DNA of 64,000 nucleotides from an uncultured virus (IMG/VR IMGVR_UViG_3300042502_001806) (lineage: Duplodnaviria > Heunggongvirae > Uroviricota > Caudoviricetes), in IMG/VR virus record IMGVR_UViG_3300042502_001806, one strand, 5' to 3'. How positions within the stretch are numbered: the first letter of the stretch is position 1; each line of letters opens with the position of its first letter. The notes under the pieces are model-generated. The model was not told where the DNA came from and ran no database searches. It saw only the letters and a list, made by a program, of their open reading frames with translations. The position numbers and the translations under genes are program-made. This document shows, one piece after another, positions 46,981-56,275 of this stretch.

Positions 46981-48069
46981 ATGAGTAATTTTAAAGTATC
47001 TAAAGAAAGAATCGAGCTCTTCGTTCACCCAAACGCAGAAGCTCTCGAACTAGGTAAGGTTGGTTCATACCAAGTAGTAGTTCAAAAAGGTCTTTATGTG
47101 ACCGGAGACGAGGTAATCTTCGCACCTGAAAAATCTGTTCTAACCGGACAGCTTAAAGCAGAGTATGAAAAATACCTTTCTGGTCCTGATAAAGACAGGG
47201 TAAAGGCTGTTCGTCTTAGAAATGAAATCTCTTCTGGGATTATCATTCCTAAGCATTTAGTTCCAAACTTTGAAAGCTACACGGTTGGTGTAGATATTTC
47301 TGAAGACTTGGGTATCACTAAATACGAACCACCAATTCCAGTTCACTTGGCTGGAAGTGTGACACGATTTGAAATGCCACACATTGGAAATCACGACTGT
47401 GAACATGCGAATGTTTATGTCAATGATTTAGTACCAAGTGAAAGAGTTGTTATCACTGAGAAAGTACACGGGTCTCAATTCATCTTAGCACATGAGATTG
47501 AAACTGAGAAAACGATTGTAAGTTCTAAAGGTATGTTAAAAGCTGGATTGTCTCTACAAGATGAAGAAGGAAACACATACTGGATGGCATCTAAAAATGA
47601 TAACATTGTTGGTAAGATTAGAAATAGTTTTACAGAAGGTGTTGTTCAAGTGTTTGGTGAGGTTATTCCTGTTCAAAAAGGATATAACTATGGACAAACA
47701 AATCCAACCGCAAGGTTGTTTGATGTTAGGGTAAATGGTAAATCTATCCCTTACGATATGGTATCCAATGAATTGAGAGAGTTGTGGGTGCCAATCATTT
47801 ACGATGGTACTCTTAACTTAGAATCTAAAGAAGTAGTTCTTTACGAAGATGAGTCAAGAGGAATCCGTAAGACAAGAGTTGACTTCATCCTTCCAAAAGA
47901 TGTCGTAGAACTTTGTAAGGGAAAAGAGTTAGTGTCTGGTAAAGAATTACATATCCGTGAAGGTGTTGTACTTCGTCCTTACATTGACCGTGATGCTAGA
48001 GATGGTACTAAACTTAGGTTGAAAATCATCAACCCGGCATACAAAGAAACCGGGGAAGAAATTAACTAA
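46981..48069 (+). CDS. ATP-dependent RNA ligase, DRB0094/Rnl5 family
   Basis: N-terminal OB domain HPNAEALE...VVVQKG, RLRNEISxG, TEKVHGS, FGE, REGVV, LKIIN. Confidence 0.9.
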   Translation: MSNFKVSKERIELFVHPNAEALELGKVGSYQVVVQKGLYVTGDEVIFAPEKSVLTGQLKAEYEKYLSGPDKDRVKAVRLRNEISSGIIIPKHLVPNFESYTVGVDISEDLGITKYEPPIPVHLAGSVTRFEMPHIGNHDCEHANVYVNDLVPSERVVITEKVHGSQFILAHEIETEKTIVSSKGMLKAGLSLQDEEGNTYWMASKNDNIVGKIRNSFTEGVVQVFGEVIPVQKGYNYGQTNPTARLFDVRVNGKSIPYDMVSNELRELWVPIIYDGTLNLESKEVVLYEDESRGIRKTRVDFILPKDVVELCKGKELVSGKELHIREGVVLRPYIDRDARDGTKLRLKIINPAYKETGEEIN

Positions 48070-48072
48070 AAG

Positions 48073-48104
48073 AAAAAACCCACTCATTTGAGTGGGTTTT
48101 TTTT
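48073..48104. terminator. Bidirectional intrinsic terminator between convergent genes
   Basis: AAAAAACCCACTCA-tt-TGAGTGGGTTTTTT. Confidence 0.88.
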
Positions 48105-48387
48105 ATTCTTCTCTATGAACTAATTTAATTTCATCTTCCCATCCTTCTGGTAGTTCTTCTTCTGGTTCTGTGTCAAAACCAAAGTCCATTCCAACTAGAT
48201 AGTTCATAACTGAATCAATCATAATATCATCAGCTCCTCTTTCTTTCATATAAGCTTCATAGTCTTCTACTGTGTAGTAACCTTTTTCAGCCTGAAGTTT
48301 CTTTAATTCTGCTAATATACTTACAGCAATATCCTCATGAATATCTGATGATTGTCCGTATGCTTCGAATGTTTTTAAGTATTTCAT
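48103..48387 (-). CDS. Hypothetical protein with N-terminal MKYLKTFE tag
   Basis: 94-aa acidic ORF. Confidence 0.7.
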   Translation of the reverse strand: MKYLKTFEAYGQSSDIHEDIAVSILAELKKLQAEKGYYTVEDYEAYMKERGADDIMIDSVMNYLVGMDFGFDTEPEEELPEGWEDEIKLVHREE

Positions 48388-48389
48388 AA

Positions 48390-48821
48390 TTATCTAAAAA
48401 TTTTTGAGTTAAATATATTATCTGATAATAAGTAATCAAAAGTTTGACTTACTTCTCCTTTACTTAAATCAGAATATTCTGTATCTAAAAGTAATTTAAT
48501 TTTAGAATAAAGTTTAACTTGTTGGTCATTAAGTTTACCACCTTCTAAATCTTCTTCTTCTGATAATATTTCATCTAAGATTATTTCTAAGAATTTATTA
48601 GGATCAGATATACGACCACTATCAATAACTTGTTGAATTTCTTCAGATGTAAATGTTAATTCATTACATAAGTCACCTAATTCAGAAAGAATATCAGCCT
48701 TAGAAGGTTCATCACCTTGTTCAAATTCACTTTCATCATAGTTAATAATCTTATCAGCTAATTTGATAAATTCTTCAATTCTATCAAATGATGCTTCGTT
48801 ATATTTTTTTAAGTATTTCAT
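48390..48821 (-). CDS. Hypothetical protein with N-terminal MKYLKKYNE tag
   Basis: 143-aa acidic ORF. Confidence 0.7.
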   Translation of the reverse strand: MKYLKKYNEASFDRIEEFIKLADKIINYDESEFEQGDEPSKADILSELGDLCNELTFTSEEIQQVIDSGRISDPNKFLEIILDEILSEEEDLEGGKLNDQQVKLYSKIKLLLDTEYSDLSKGEVSQTFDYLLSDNIFNSKIFR

Positions 48822-48823
48822 AA

Positions 48824-49342
48824 CTATTTCTTCTTTTTTGATTCACCTGAAAATGGACTTAATAAATGTTTTAAGTTCCAAGAAGGAACAAACTTTTTGT
48901 TGTGTTTTTGATAATCTTCATATGATTCAATACCTGAATCAATTGGATTTTGAATATATTGAATGTTAGCACCTTGTTTATTCATATCAGAGATTCTATT
49001 ACCAATATCAGTTTTAGCTGATTGTTTCATAACTCTTTTCAATTGGTCTACCGTTTGTTGTCTTGGTAAAGATTCATTTGTTTCAATTACAATATCAACT
49101 GTACCATCTTCATTGAATTGTGCTAACCAGGGACTATCACATATTTTAATTGATTGACTTAATAAATCTTCATTAATATTTTCAGGTCCAAACTCTTTAA
49201 CAGTTTTAACACCATCTTCATCAATAACAAAATGAAATTCATCACCTTTATTTTTATCAATAAGACCTTTGATTCTACCTGCTACAGATATGAACTCAGT
49301 TACACCACCATAAGGTTTAAGTCTAGCTCTAATAATTTTCAT
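48824..49342 (-). CDS. Hypothetical protein
   Basis: 172 aa; upstream TTAATATATA at 49347-49356. Confidence 0.7.
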   Translation of the reverse strand: MKIIRARLKPYGGVTEFISVAGRIKGLIDKNKGDEFHFVIDEDGVKTVKEFGPENINEDLLSQSIKICDSPWLAQFNEDGTVDIVIETNESLPRQQTVDQLKRVMKQSAKTDIGNRISDMNKQGANIQYIQNPIDSGIESYEDYQKHNKKFVPSWNLKHLLSPFSGESKKKK

Positions 49343-49375
49343 AAGATATATATTAAATAAAAAAACCCAATTTGA

Positions 49376-50239
49376 TTATTGGGTTAATTTTTTGAAATCA
49401 TTTACTTTGATTCCGTGAAATATCATAACTGATTGATTGGTCATTTGATTGGTCATTTTATTTTGAGCAATAAAATAAGATTTATCAAATAATCCACTTT
49501 CGTATAATCTATAACAATCTAGTATATCTTCAAATCTAGAATTATCTATCTTTCTTATATCAACAATTCCATTACTTATACAAGCGGTTCCTAAGTTTCC
49601 ATTTTGATTATAAGACCAAAGTGTGACATTATAAATTTCTTCATCACCAGTGGCTATATTTCTAAGTTTATCATTATTAGTATAGTTATTCCAATCTAGT
49701 AAAAAATCTAAATGTCTTTTGCTATAAACTATCATACAGTTTTGTGACCAAAGCTTGCCTGATCTTTCCATTGATAACTCTTCGCATAAGTCACCACCAA
49801 AACATTTTATATTATTAGGGTCTCTATAATCCATAGGAAATTCCCAAAAGTGTTGAGGTGATAGTGGTGTATTTGATTTTTCTATTTGAGAAAATAAAAT
49901 TTCTGAATTGAAATTTTTAGTAACTAATACATCTAAATCTAAATAGATGAAATTATCAGAATCTATATCAATTAAAGATTTAATTAAAATATTTGGTTTA
50001 AGAAAAACCGGATTAAATTCTGATTTTGTAGATGAAGAAACATGTCTATCACCTCTTTTAAATGTTTTATTGGTATTAAATTGATTTATAATTAAATTGT
50101 CTCCTTTGATATTAGATTCATAGTTAACTGAATAATAATGTAAAGTAAATTCTTCATTACATTTATCAACAAGTGATTTATAAAAATATTCTAATAACTC
50201 TTCACAGTTATCAGTACCAAAAGAAACAAAATTAATCAT
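49376..50239 (-). CDS. GT-A (GT8-like) glycosyltransferase
   Basis: LKP, IYLDLDV, GDEEIYN, FHG. Confidence 0.6.
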   Translation of the reverse strand: MINFVSFGTDNCEELLEYFYKSLVDKCNEEFTLHYYSVNYESNIKGDNLIINQFNTNKTFKRGDRHVSSSTKSEFNPVFLKPNILIKSLIDIDSDNFIYLDLDVLVTKNFNSEILFSQIEKSNTPLSPQHFWEFPMDYRDPNNIKCFGGDLCEELSMERSGKLWSQNCMIVYSKRHLDFLLDWNNYTNNDKLRNIATGDEEIYNVTLWSYNQNGNLGTACISNGIVDIRKIDNSRFEDILDCYRLYESGLFDKSYFIAQNKMTNQMTNQSVMIFHGIKVNDFKKLTQ

Positions 50240-50241
50240 AA

Positions 50242-51198
50242 TTAAAAATCATTATCTAAGTTATCGAAGTCGATAGCTTTGTCAGATACTTTTTGGTATT
50301 CAGCAACTCTTTTCTCAAAGAAGTTAGTTTTACCTTGTAAAGAAATCATATCCATAAAGTCAAAAGGATTTTCAACATTATAAACCTTTGAACAACCTAA
50401 AGCTTGTAACCAGAAGTCAGCAGTAAACTCAATGTATTGTTCCATTAGTTTAGAGTTCATTCCAATTAAAGACACTGGTAAAGATTCTGTAATGAATGTT
50501 CTTTCAATATCAACTGCTGAACAGATGATTTCTTTGATTCTTTCTTCTGATACTTTATCTTTAATGTATCTGTTGTGTAACAAACAAGCAAACTGACAAT
50601 GTAAAGCTTCATCTCTAGAGATTAACTCATTAGAAAATGATAGACCCGGCATTAAACCTCTTTTCTTCAACCAAAAGATAGAACAGAATGATCCTGAGAA
50701 GAAGATACCTTCAACTGCCGCAAAAGCAATTAATCTTTCATCAAGTGAATCAGATTCAATCCATTTCAAAGCCCAATCAGCTTTTTCTTTAATAGAAGGA
50801 AAGTTATCAATTGCGTGAAATAATCTATCTTTCTCAGCTGAATCCTTAATATAAGTATCAATTAATAAAGAATATGTTTCAGAGTGAATATTCTCCATAG
50901 CGATTTGAAAACCATAAAATGATTTCGCCTCTGGATATTGAACTTCTTTCAAAAAGTTTTCAGCTAAGTTTTCGTTTACGATACCATCAGATGCCGCAAA
51001 GAAAGCTAGAACCATTTTAATAAAGTGTTGTTCATTCTCATTTAATTTTTCGTTCCAATCGGTTAAATCTTGAGCTAAGTCAATTTCTTCAGCTGTCCAG
51101 AATGAATGTTGTTGAGTTTTATACATTTCCCAAATATCGTGATATTTTAAGGGAAACATTACAAAACGGTCTTTGTTTTCTTGTAGTATATGTTCCAT
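50242..51198 (-). CDS. nrdB: Ribonucleotide reductase class Ia beta subunit
   Basis: [55 protein letters not shown]. Confidence 0.97.
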   Translation of the reverse strand: MEHILQENKDRFVMFPLKYHDIWEMYKTQQHSFWTAEEIDLAQDLTDWNEKLNENEQHFIKMVLAFFAASDGIVNENLAENFLKEVQYPEAKSFYGFQIAMENIHSETYSLLIDTYIKDSAEKDRLFHAIDNFPSIKEKADWALKWIESDSLDERLIAFAAVEGIFFSGSFCSIFWLKKRGLMPGLSFSNELISRDEALHCQFACLLHNRYIKDKVSEERIKEIICSAVDIERTFITESLPVSLIGMNSKLMEQYIEFTADFWLQALGCSKVYNVENPFDFMDMISLQGKTNFFEKRVAEYQKVSDKAIDFDNLDNDF

Positions 51199-51270
51199 GT
51201 TTTTAATTTTGTTTGTTTTTTTTATATAAGTATTTATTAATAATGTTTAGTTACTTGCTGTTTAAAAATA

Positions 51271-51299
51271 AAAAAAAGCATCAATTATATTGATGCTTT
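51271..51299 (-). terminator. Intrinsic terminator after deoC
   Basis: AAAGCATCAAT-tat-ATTGATGCTTT with an upstream A-run on the plus strand. Confidence 0.7.
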
Positions 51300-51317
51300 A
51301 TATTGAAGTAAAAAATA

Positions 51318-52124
51318 TTAATAAGAAGAAGTATTATCTACCGTTAAATTGTTTAATTTATCAACAGCAGCATAGCCCATTCCAAATCTATCAACAATAC
51401 CTAACATAGAGTTAATCTGTTCAGCTGTTCTAACACCACCGGAAGCTTTAATCTTCATATCAGATTCATACTCTTTTATAGTATCATACATTATCTTAAT
51501 TTTATTCATTTCGGCACCAACAGGAACTTTACCTGTGGATGTTTTGATAAAATCAGCTCCTGCTTCCATACAGATATGAGTTGCTTCTTCTGTTTCATAA
51601 TCTGATAATAGTCCAGATTCTACAATTACTTTTAGTATAATTGGTTCACCATCTTTATTTGTATTAGAATGACATTCTTCTACTAAAGGTGATACATCAT
51701 CAAAAGTTAATTGATTTATAGTTTCATTCCACTTATCTTCACCTTCTGGTTTATTAATATCTAATTCTTTTGCGAATAACTCTTTTAGTAGTTTATAGTT
51801 TAGAACCATATCAACTTCATCAGCGCCATCACTAATTACTTTTTTAGTTTCGTCTAATTTTTGACTTGATGAATCAGTACCGTTTGGAAAAGAAACAACA
51901 GTACAAACAAGAACTTTTGAATTTTCTAATTGTTTTGCCGCTAAAGCAACATGTTTTGGAAGAACACAAACAGATTTAACACTTAACATATTAGCTTTTT
52001 CACAAAGCTCAATAATATCTTGGTCTGTAGCAGATTCTTCTAATAAAGTATAATCAATCATATCATTATACTGGAACATTGTGTTCTCTTTAATAAATTG
52101 TATGTAGTTCTTAATCTTTTTCAT
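51318..52124 (-). CDS. deoC: Deoxyribose-phosphate aldolase with N-terminal MKKIKNYIQFIKE tag
   Basis: IDYTLL, VVSFPNG, GADEVDMV, KVIVE, ADFIKTSTG, KASGGVR. Confidence 0.92.
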   Translation of the reverse strand: MKKIKNYIQFIKENTMFQYNDMIDYTLLEESATDQDIIELCEKANMLSVKSVCVLPKHVALAAKQLENSKVLVCTVVSFPNGTDSSSQKLDETKKVISDGADEVDMVLNYKLLKELFAKELDINKPEGEDKWNETINQLTFDDVSPLVEECHSNTNKDGEPIILKVIVESGLLSDYETEEATHICMEAGADFIKTSTGKVPVGAEMNKIKIMYDTIKEYESDMKIKASGGVRTAEQINSMLGIVDRFGMGYAAVDKLNNLTVDNTSSY

Positions 52125-52125
52125 A

Positions 52126-53109
52126 TTACTTTTCAAAATTTGCCATTGTTTTTACAAATAACTTCATATCTTCATCAGTTCTCATAATTTTAGAAACGTG
52201 AGGAAGATTCCAAGGTGAGTGACCAGAGATTTTCCAACCATCGATATACCAAGCAAACATTGGTTTGTTTAAGAACGATGTTTGTTGTAATTCACCAAAT
52301 GTACCACCACTTGTTACATCATTAAATCCTACAAATACAGCATCACATTTATTTACTATTAACTCATCTTCTGGCTCGATTGTTTGAGAGAAGATTCTTG
52401 ATATTTCATCAAATTGTCTTGGATCTTTAGTTTCTTCATATTCACCAGATTTGAACTTACCCATTTCTTTACCAAAATTAGGATTCTTAGTTCTATCCAT
52501 TTCTTTTCTAACTGGATTTAAGATAGCTGGTCTATCATAATATTTAAGAGTGTAGTTATTACCACTATCAACAAATTGTGCTAAATGGTCACCATCCACA
52601 ACATAAGCGGGTTTTAAGACAATATTTTCACCGTGATAAGGAATAGTAATCTTTTCCATTTCTTCATAAGAAACACCTTTATTAACAACTTCAAATTCAT
52701 ATTCAACTTGTGCTCTCCAGCCTGCTCCAACATCTTTAGCTTTGTCCATACCACCGGCAAGGTATAAAGAATTCAATTCAAAAGCTCTAAAGTTCTTTTT
52801 GATATCATCTAAAGTTGTTAAGTCAAAAAGATCTAATTTACCAATCAATTCAGTATAGAATCTTTTTTTCTTATTAACAATATAGTTCATTATCTTTTCA
52901 TCAAACCATTTAACAAGTCTGTCTTTAATATCACTAAAGAAACCTTCGTTTAGTGATTCAGTTGTTAAAAGTGGAGTTAAATCTTTTTTAAGATTTGAAA
53001 TTTCACTTGATGGGATATTTTTAGCAATATAATTAAGTATTGCTTCTAAGTCTTTTTGGTCTTTTGAATCTTCATATGACTCGTTGAATTGCTGCCAGTT
53101 TTGGATCAT
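52126..53109 (-). CDS. Nucleoside 2-deoxyribosyltransferase-like protein with N-terminal extension
   Basis: LYLAGGMD, GWR, NP, CDAVFV, SGGTFGEL, KP; start at MIQNWQQFNES. Confidence 0.65.
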   Translation of the reverse strand: MIQNWQQFNESYEDSKDQKDLEAILNYIAKNIPSSEISNLKKDLTPLLTTESLNEGFFSDIKDRLVKWFDEKIMNYIVNKKKRFYTELIGKLDLFDLTTLDDIKKNFRAFELNSLYLAGGMDKAKDVGAGWRAQVEYEFEVVNKGVSYEEMEKITIPYHGENIVLKPAYVVDGDHLAQFVDSGNNYTLKYYDRPAILNPVRKEMDRTKNPNFGKEMGKFKSGEYEETKDPRQFDEISRIFSQTIEPEDELIVNKCDAVFVGFNDVTSGGTFGELQQTSFLNKPMFAWYIDGWKISGHSPWNLPHVSKIMRTDEDMKLFVKTMANFEK

Positions 53110-53164
53110 AAAAATATTTTGTGTTTTGTGTATATATTTAATTTTCATTTGTATATTTGTAACT

Positions 53165-53563
53165 ATGAAACTGTATTATAATGGCAGAGGGTATCCTGTA
53201 CAGTGGAAATCCTTGATGAGAAAAGATATGTGGTATAATATGGAACCTGTGAAAATAAAATTCACACTTCCAGAATCTGTATATAAAGCAATTCTCATAG
53301 ATATTAAATTAAATAAAGATGAGCATCGAGATATCTTTTCATTTAATCTACTCTTAAATAAAGATGAAATGTCTAGAGATCGTGATAAACTTGTTGTAGA
53401 AACAAATGAGTATTGGAAGATTGATGCTTGTGTAGATAGAGTTTCAATTACTTCTCGATTTAGAAATGGTGATGTGGTTGCTATATTTGAAGTTTCAATA
53501 TTTGAAGAAGAAGAATTAGACAAATCTGAATTAAGAGAAATATTATTAAATGAACTTGTTTAA
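53165..53563 (+). CDS. Hypothetical protein
   Basis: Start MKLYY just after TATATTTG; C-terminal LREILLNELV. Confidence 0.65.
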   Translation: MKLYYNGRGYPVQWKSLMRKDMWYNMEPVKIKFTLPESVYKAILIDIKLNKDEHRDIFSFNLLLNKDEMSRDRDKLVVETNEYWKIDACVDRVSITSRFRNGDVVAIFEVSIFEEEELDKSELREILLNELV

Positions 53564-53650
53564 AAGCGAGAACACCGAGGAGCGAATTCGGTGTTCTCAA
53601 TAGTCACCCGTTGGGGTTATAACTATTCCGGCCCTAAGTCGGATTAAATT
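53562..53650 (-). ncRNA. Candidate small structured RNA (three hairpins)
   Basis: GC-rich intergenic island; 11-bp GAGAACACCGA/TCGGTGTTCTC stem plus two more stems; TTAATATATA motif on the minus strand at 53658-53667 with no ORF directly behind it. Confidence 0.5.
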
Positions 53651-53730
53651 TATAAAGTATATATTAAACTTTATCTACTCTTAATCATAAAACAAAAGTA
53701 AATTAATGTCCAACAAAACAAAATAAACAA

Positions 53731-54045
53731 ATGATTAAACACGAAATCAAAGTAGAGTTCTCTAACTCTGAAGCTCTTAAAACTATTATTCAAAAAGCCT
53801 ACTTCGAACAAGGTCAGATGGGTAAGATTTTAGGAAAGAACCACTTTATCACAGTTGATGAAACAAAAGATGATGTGGCTTACACAATTTTCAAAGGACT
53901 AAACAGTGCTACAGCAAAGATAACAAATGAAGAAGTTATCGATGGTGCTATGAGATTTATGATTGATGAAACATCTGGTGAAATCAGACTTTATCCAATC
54001 TCTATCTACTGTATTCAAGAAGAAGAAAAATACATCTTCTATTAA
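53731..54045 (+). CDS. Hypothetical protein
   Basis: 104-aa ORF. Confidence 0.7.
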   Translation: MIKHEIKVEFSNSEALKTIIQKAYFEQGQMGKILGKNHFITVDETKDDVAYTIFKGLNSATAKITNEEVIDGAMRFMIDETSGEIRLYPISIYCIQEEEKYIFY

Positions 54046-54064
54046 AAAATCAAACAAATTTATT

Positions 54065-55135
54065 ATGGTTCATCCAGATTTTAATGACATCCTGATCACT
54101 CCGGCTGTTGTATCAACTATTCGATCAAGAAGTGAAATTAAAGCTTATCAAATGAGTATAGGTGAAACTCCTTGGTTACCTTTATTTGTATCTCCAATGG
54201 ATACTGTTATTGGTTTAGACAATTGGGAGTTATATCTGAATAATAAAATGCCTATTTGTTTTCCAAGAGATATTAGACCAAATTCCTTTAATGAGGATGA
54301 TAAAGGTTTACTATCAGCTTATAGTGATGTTATTTTCTTTTCTTACTCTTTAGAAGAAGCATCAGCAATGTGTGAGTGGTTAAATAGTAATAAAGATAAC
54401 GATTTAGAGTTTAATATTTTAATTGATATTGCTAATGGTCATATGAAACATATGGTTGATGTAGTTGAAAGATTAAGAGAAAGAACTAAAGTTAAAATCA
54501 TGGTTGGTAATATTGCTAACCCTCAAACTTATAAAGTTTTATCAGAAGCAGGTGCTGACTTTATTAGAGTTGGTATTGGATTTGGTGGTGGTTGTTTAAC
54601 TGCTATGAATACTGGTGTGGGTTACTCAATGGCTCAGTTAGTTAAAGAATGTGCTGACTTAAAAGACCATATGGAATCTATGGGTGATAGAACTGCTAAG
54701 ATTGTTGCTGATGGTGGATTCCGTGATTATTCGGATATCATCAAAGCTTTGGCTTTAGGTGCTGATTATGTTATGTTAGGATCTATCTTAAACAAATGTC
54801 TTGAGTCTTCTGGTGATACTTATTGGAAAGGTATAAAGGTTTCTCCTAATATTGCTAATTTTCTTTGGAAACGTAAATTCAAATTAGAAAAGAAGTTTAG
54901 AGGCATGAGTACTAAAGAAGTTCAAAAGAAATGGGGTAAGTCAAAACTAACTACATCTGAAGGAGTTGTTCGTATGAGAACGGTTAAATACACTTTAGAA
55001 GGTTGGACTGAGAACTTTGTTGATTACTTAAAATCTACGATGTCTTATACTAACAGTAGAACATTAAAAGATTTTATTGGAAATGTTAAGTGGACTGTGA
55101 TTTCACAGAATGCTTATAATAGATTCAACAAGTAA
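54065..55135 (+). CDS. IMP dehydrogenase / GMP reductase family protein
   Basis: FNDILITP, SPMDTV, IDIANGH, VGIGFGGGCLT, ADGG, FRGMST, SEG, STMSY. Confidence 0.9.
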   Translation: MVHPDFNDILITPAVVSTIRSRSEIKAYQMSIGETPWLPLFVSPMDTVIGLDNWELYLNNKMPICFPRDIRPNSFNEDDKGLLSAYSDVIFFSYSLEEASAMCEWLNSNKDNDLEFNILIDIANGHMKHMVDVVERLRERTKVKIMVGNIANPQTYKVLSEAGADFIRVGIGFGGGCLTAMNTGVGYSMAQLVKECADLKDHMESMGDRTAKIVADGGFRDYSDIIKALALGADYVMLGSILNKCLESSGDTYWKGIKVSPNIANFLWKRKFKLEKKFRGMSTKEVQKKWGKSKLTTSEGVVRMRTVKYTLEGWTENFVDYLKSTMSYTNSRTLKDFIGNVKWTVISQNAYNRFNK

Positions 55136-55136
55136 C

Positions 55137-55167
55137 AAAAAACCCACTCAACTGAGTGGGTTTTTTT
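55137..55167. terminator. Bidirectional intrinsic terminator, near-identical to 48073-48104
   Basis: AAAAAACCCACTCA-ac-TGAGTGGGTTTTTT. Confidence 0.88.
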
Positions 55168-55191
55168 ATTGTATTTGTAATTTTACTTATT

Positions 55192-55992
55192 TTATTTCTT
55201 AACCATGTAGAACCAACTTGATGTTGATTGTCCTTTTACTTCTTCTTCAACTTCTTTTACTTCTTCTTTGCCTTGAGATACTAAATCCGCGGCATTAATT
55301 TTAACACCACCAGGTAAAGTATAATCATAACGACCAACTAAATTACCTAATTGTTGTTTACAATATCCAGTAACATACTTAAAGAATAAATCATCTTTAA
55401 ATAAATTCTCTTGTGGAATATTAGCATAAGCTTCCATAATAACGTTATGTTTAACATTAGTTAAGATATGTAGTCTGTGATTTAATTGGTTGAATTGATA
55501 CCTTAGAGTATATTTATTCATTTGATTTAACATATCAGACATTGAGTCTAATACAGTTTTATAAACCCCTAACTCACCAATAGTAGTAACATATGATGAT
55601 AAGTAAGGTTGATTAGTAACACCTAAGTTAACCGATAAATTAGGAGTGTTTATACCCAATTGAAATAAACTATCACCTCTAACTTCATAAAGATAAACCA
55701 CGGTTTGAATTTCACAAGGTACATTTACATAATTATATTTAGTGAACTCTTCTTCAAAGAAAGCTTGTTTATCAATAAAGTAATATAATTTTTGAACAGC
55801 GTATTGGTAACTACGATAAAACCAAGGTAGTGCTCTTGTTTCAATAATTTGTCTGATATTAGCATCAGGTAAAGTTTTTGGCAAAGCACAAGAAATAGTT
55901 AATTCATTTTGAACTAAGTCAACTAACTCCTCGATTGTATATCCACCTTGGTAAGGCACATAAGCATCACCTAATCTATTTACATCTGACAT
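55192..55992 (-). CDS. T4 gp13-like neck/head-completion protein
   Basis: C-terminal KYVTGYCKQQLG...LPGGVKINAxxLxxxGKEE; start MSDV after TTAATATATA. Confidence 0.7.
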   Translation of the reverse strand: MSDVNRLGDAYVPYQGGYTIEELVDLVQNELTISCALPKTLPDANIRQIIETRALPWFYRSYQYAVQKLYYFIDKQAFFEEEFTKYNYVNVPCEIQTVVYLYEVRGDSLFQLGINTPNLSVNLGVTNQPYLSSYVTTIGELGVYKTVLDSMSDMLNQMNKYTLRYQFNQLNHRLHILTNVKHNVIMEAYANIPQENLFKDDLFFKYVTGYCKQQLGNLVGRYDYTLPGGVKINAADLVSQGKEEVKEVEEEVKGQSTSSWFYMVKK

Positions 55993-56022
55993 AAAATTAT
56001 ATTTATTTTGTTTATATATTAA

Positions 56023-56054
56023 TTTGGACAATCCACTTATTTTCCTTATCTTTG
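56023..56054 (+). promoter_or_regulatory. Bacteroidota-type promoter, back-to-back with the late motif
   Basis: TTTG 56023-56026, 20-nt spacer, TATCTTTG 56047-56054. Confidence 0.75.
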
Positions 56055-56086
56055 TATAACAAAACAAACAAATAATCACTACGGCT

Positions 56087-56275
56087 ATGAAAAACGGTAA
56101 AATTATAAATCTTGGTAAATTCACAAAAGAGGATGCTATGAAAGCTAACAGAATGGCTGGTCGTGAAATTGATTTAATTAATTCTACTGGCTGGGTTGCT
56201 ACTCATAAAGCTCATAAATCTGTAAAAGATTACACAAGAAAACCTAAGCATAAAAAAGCTATTCTTATTGACTAG
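56087..56275 (+). CDS. Small basic protein
   Basis: 62 aa; HKSVKDYTRKPKHK tail; has its own promoter. Confidence 0.65.
   Translation: MKNGKIINLGKFTKEDAMKANRMAGREIDLINSTGWVATHKAHKSVKDYTRKPKHKKAILID

Noticed and set aside
53599..53650. Pistol ribozyme
   Set aside because: UUAGGG/CCCxAA-like segments are reminiscent, but P1, the linker and the GU cleavage junction do not fit; it needs an Infernal search.
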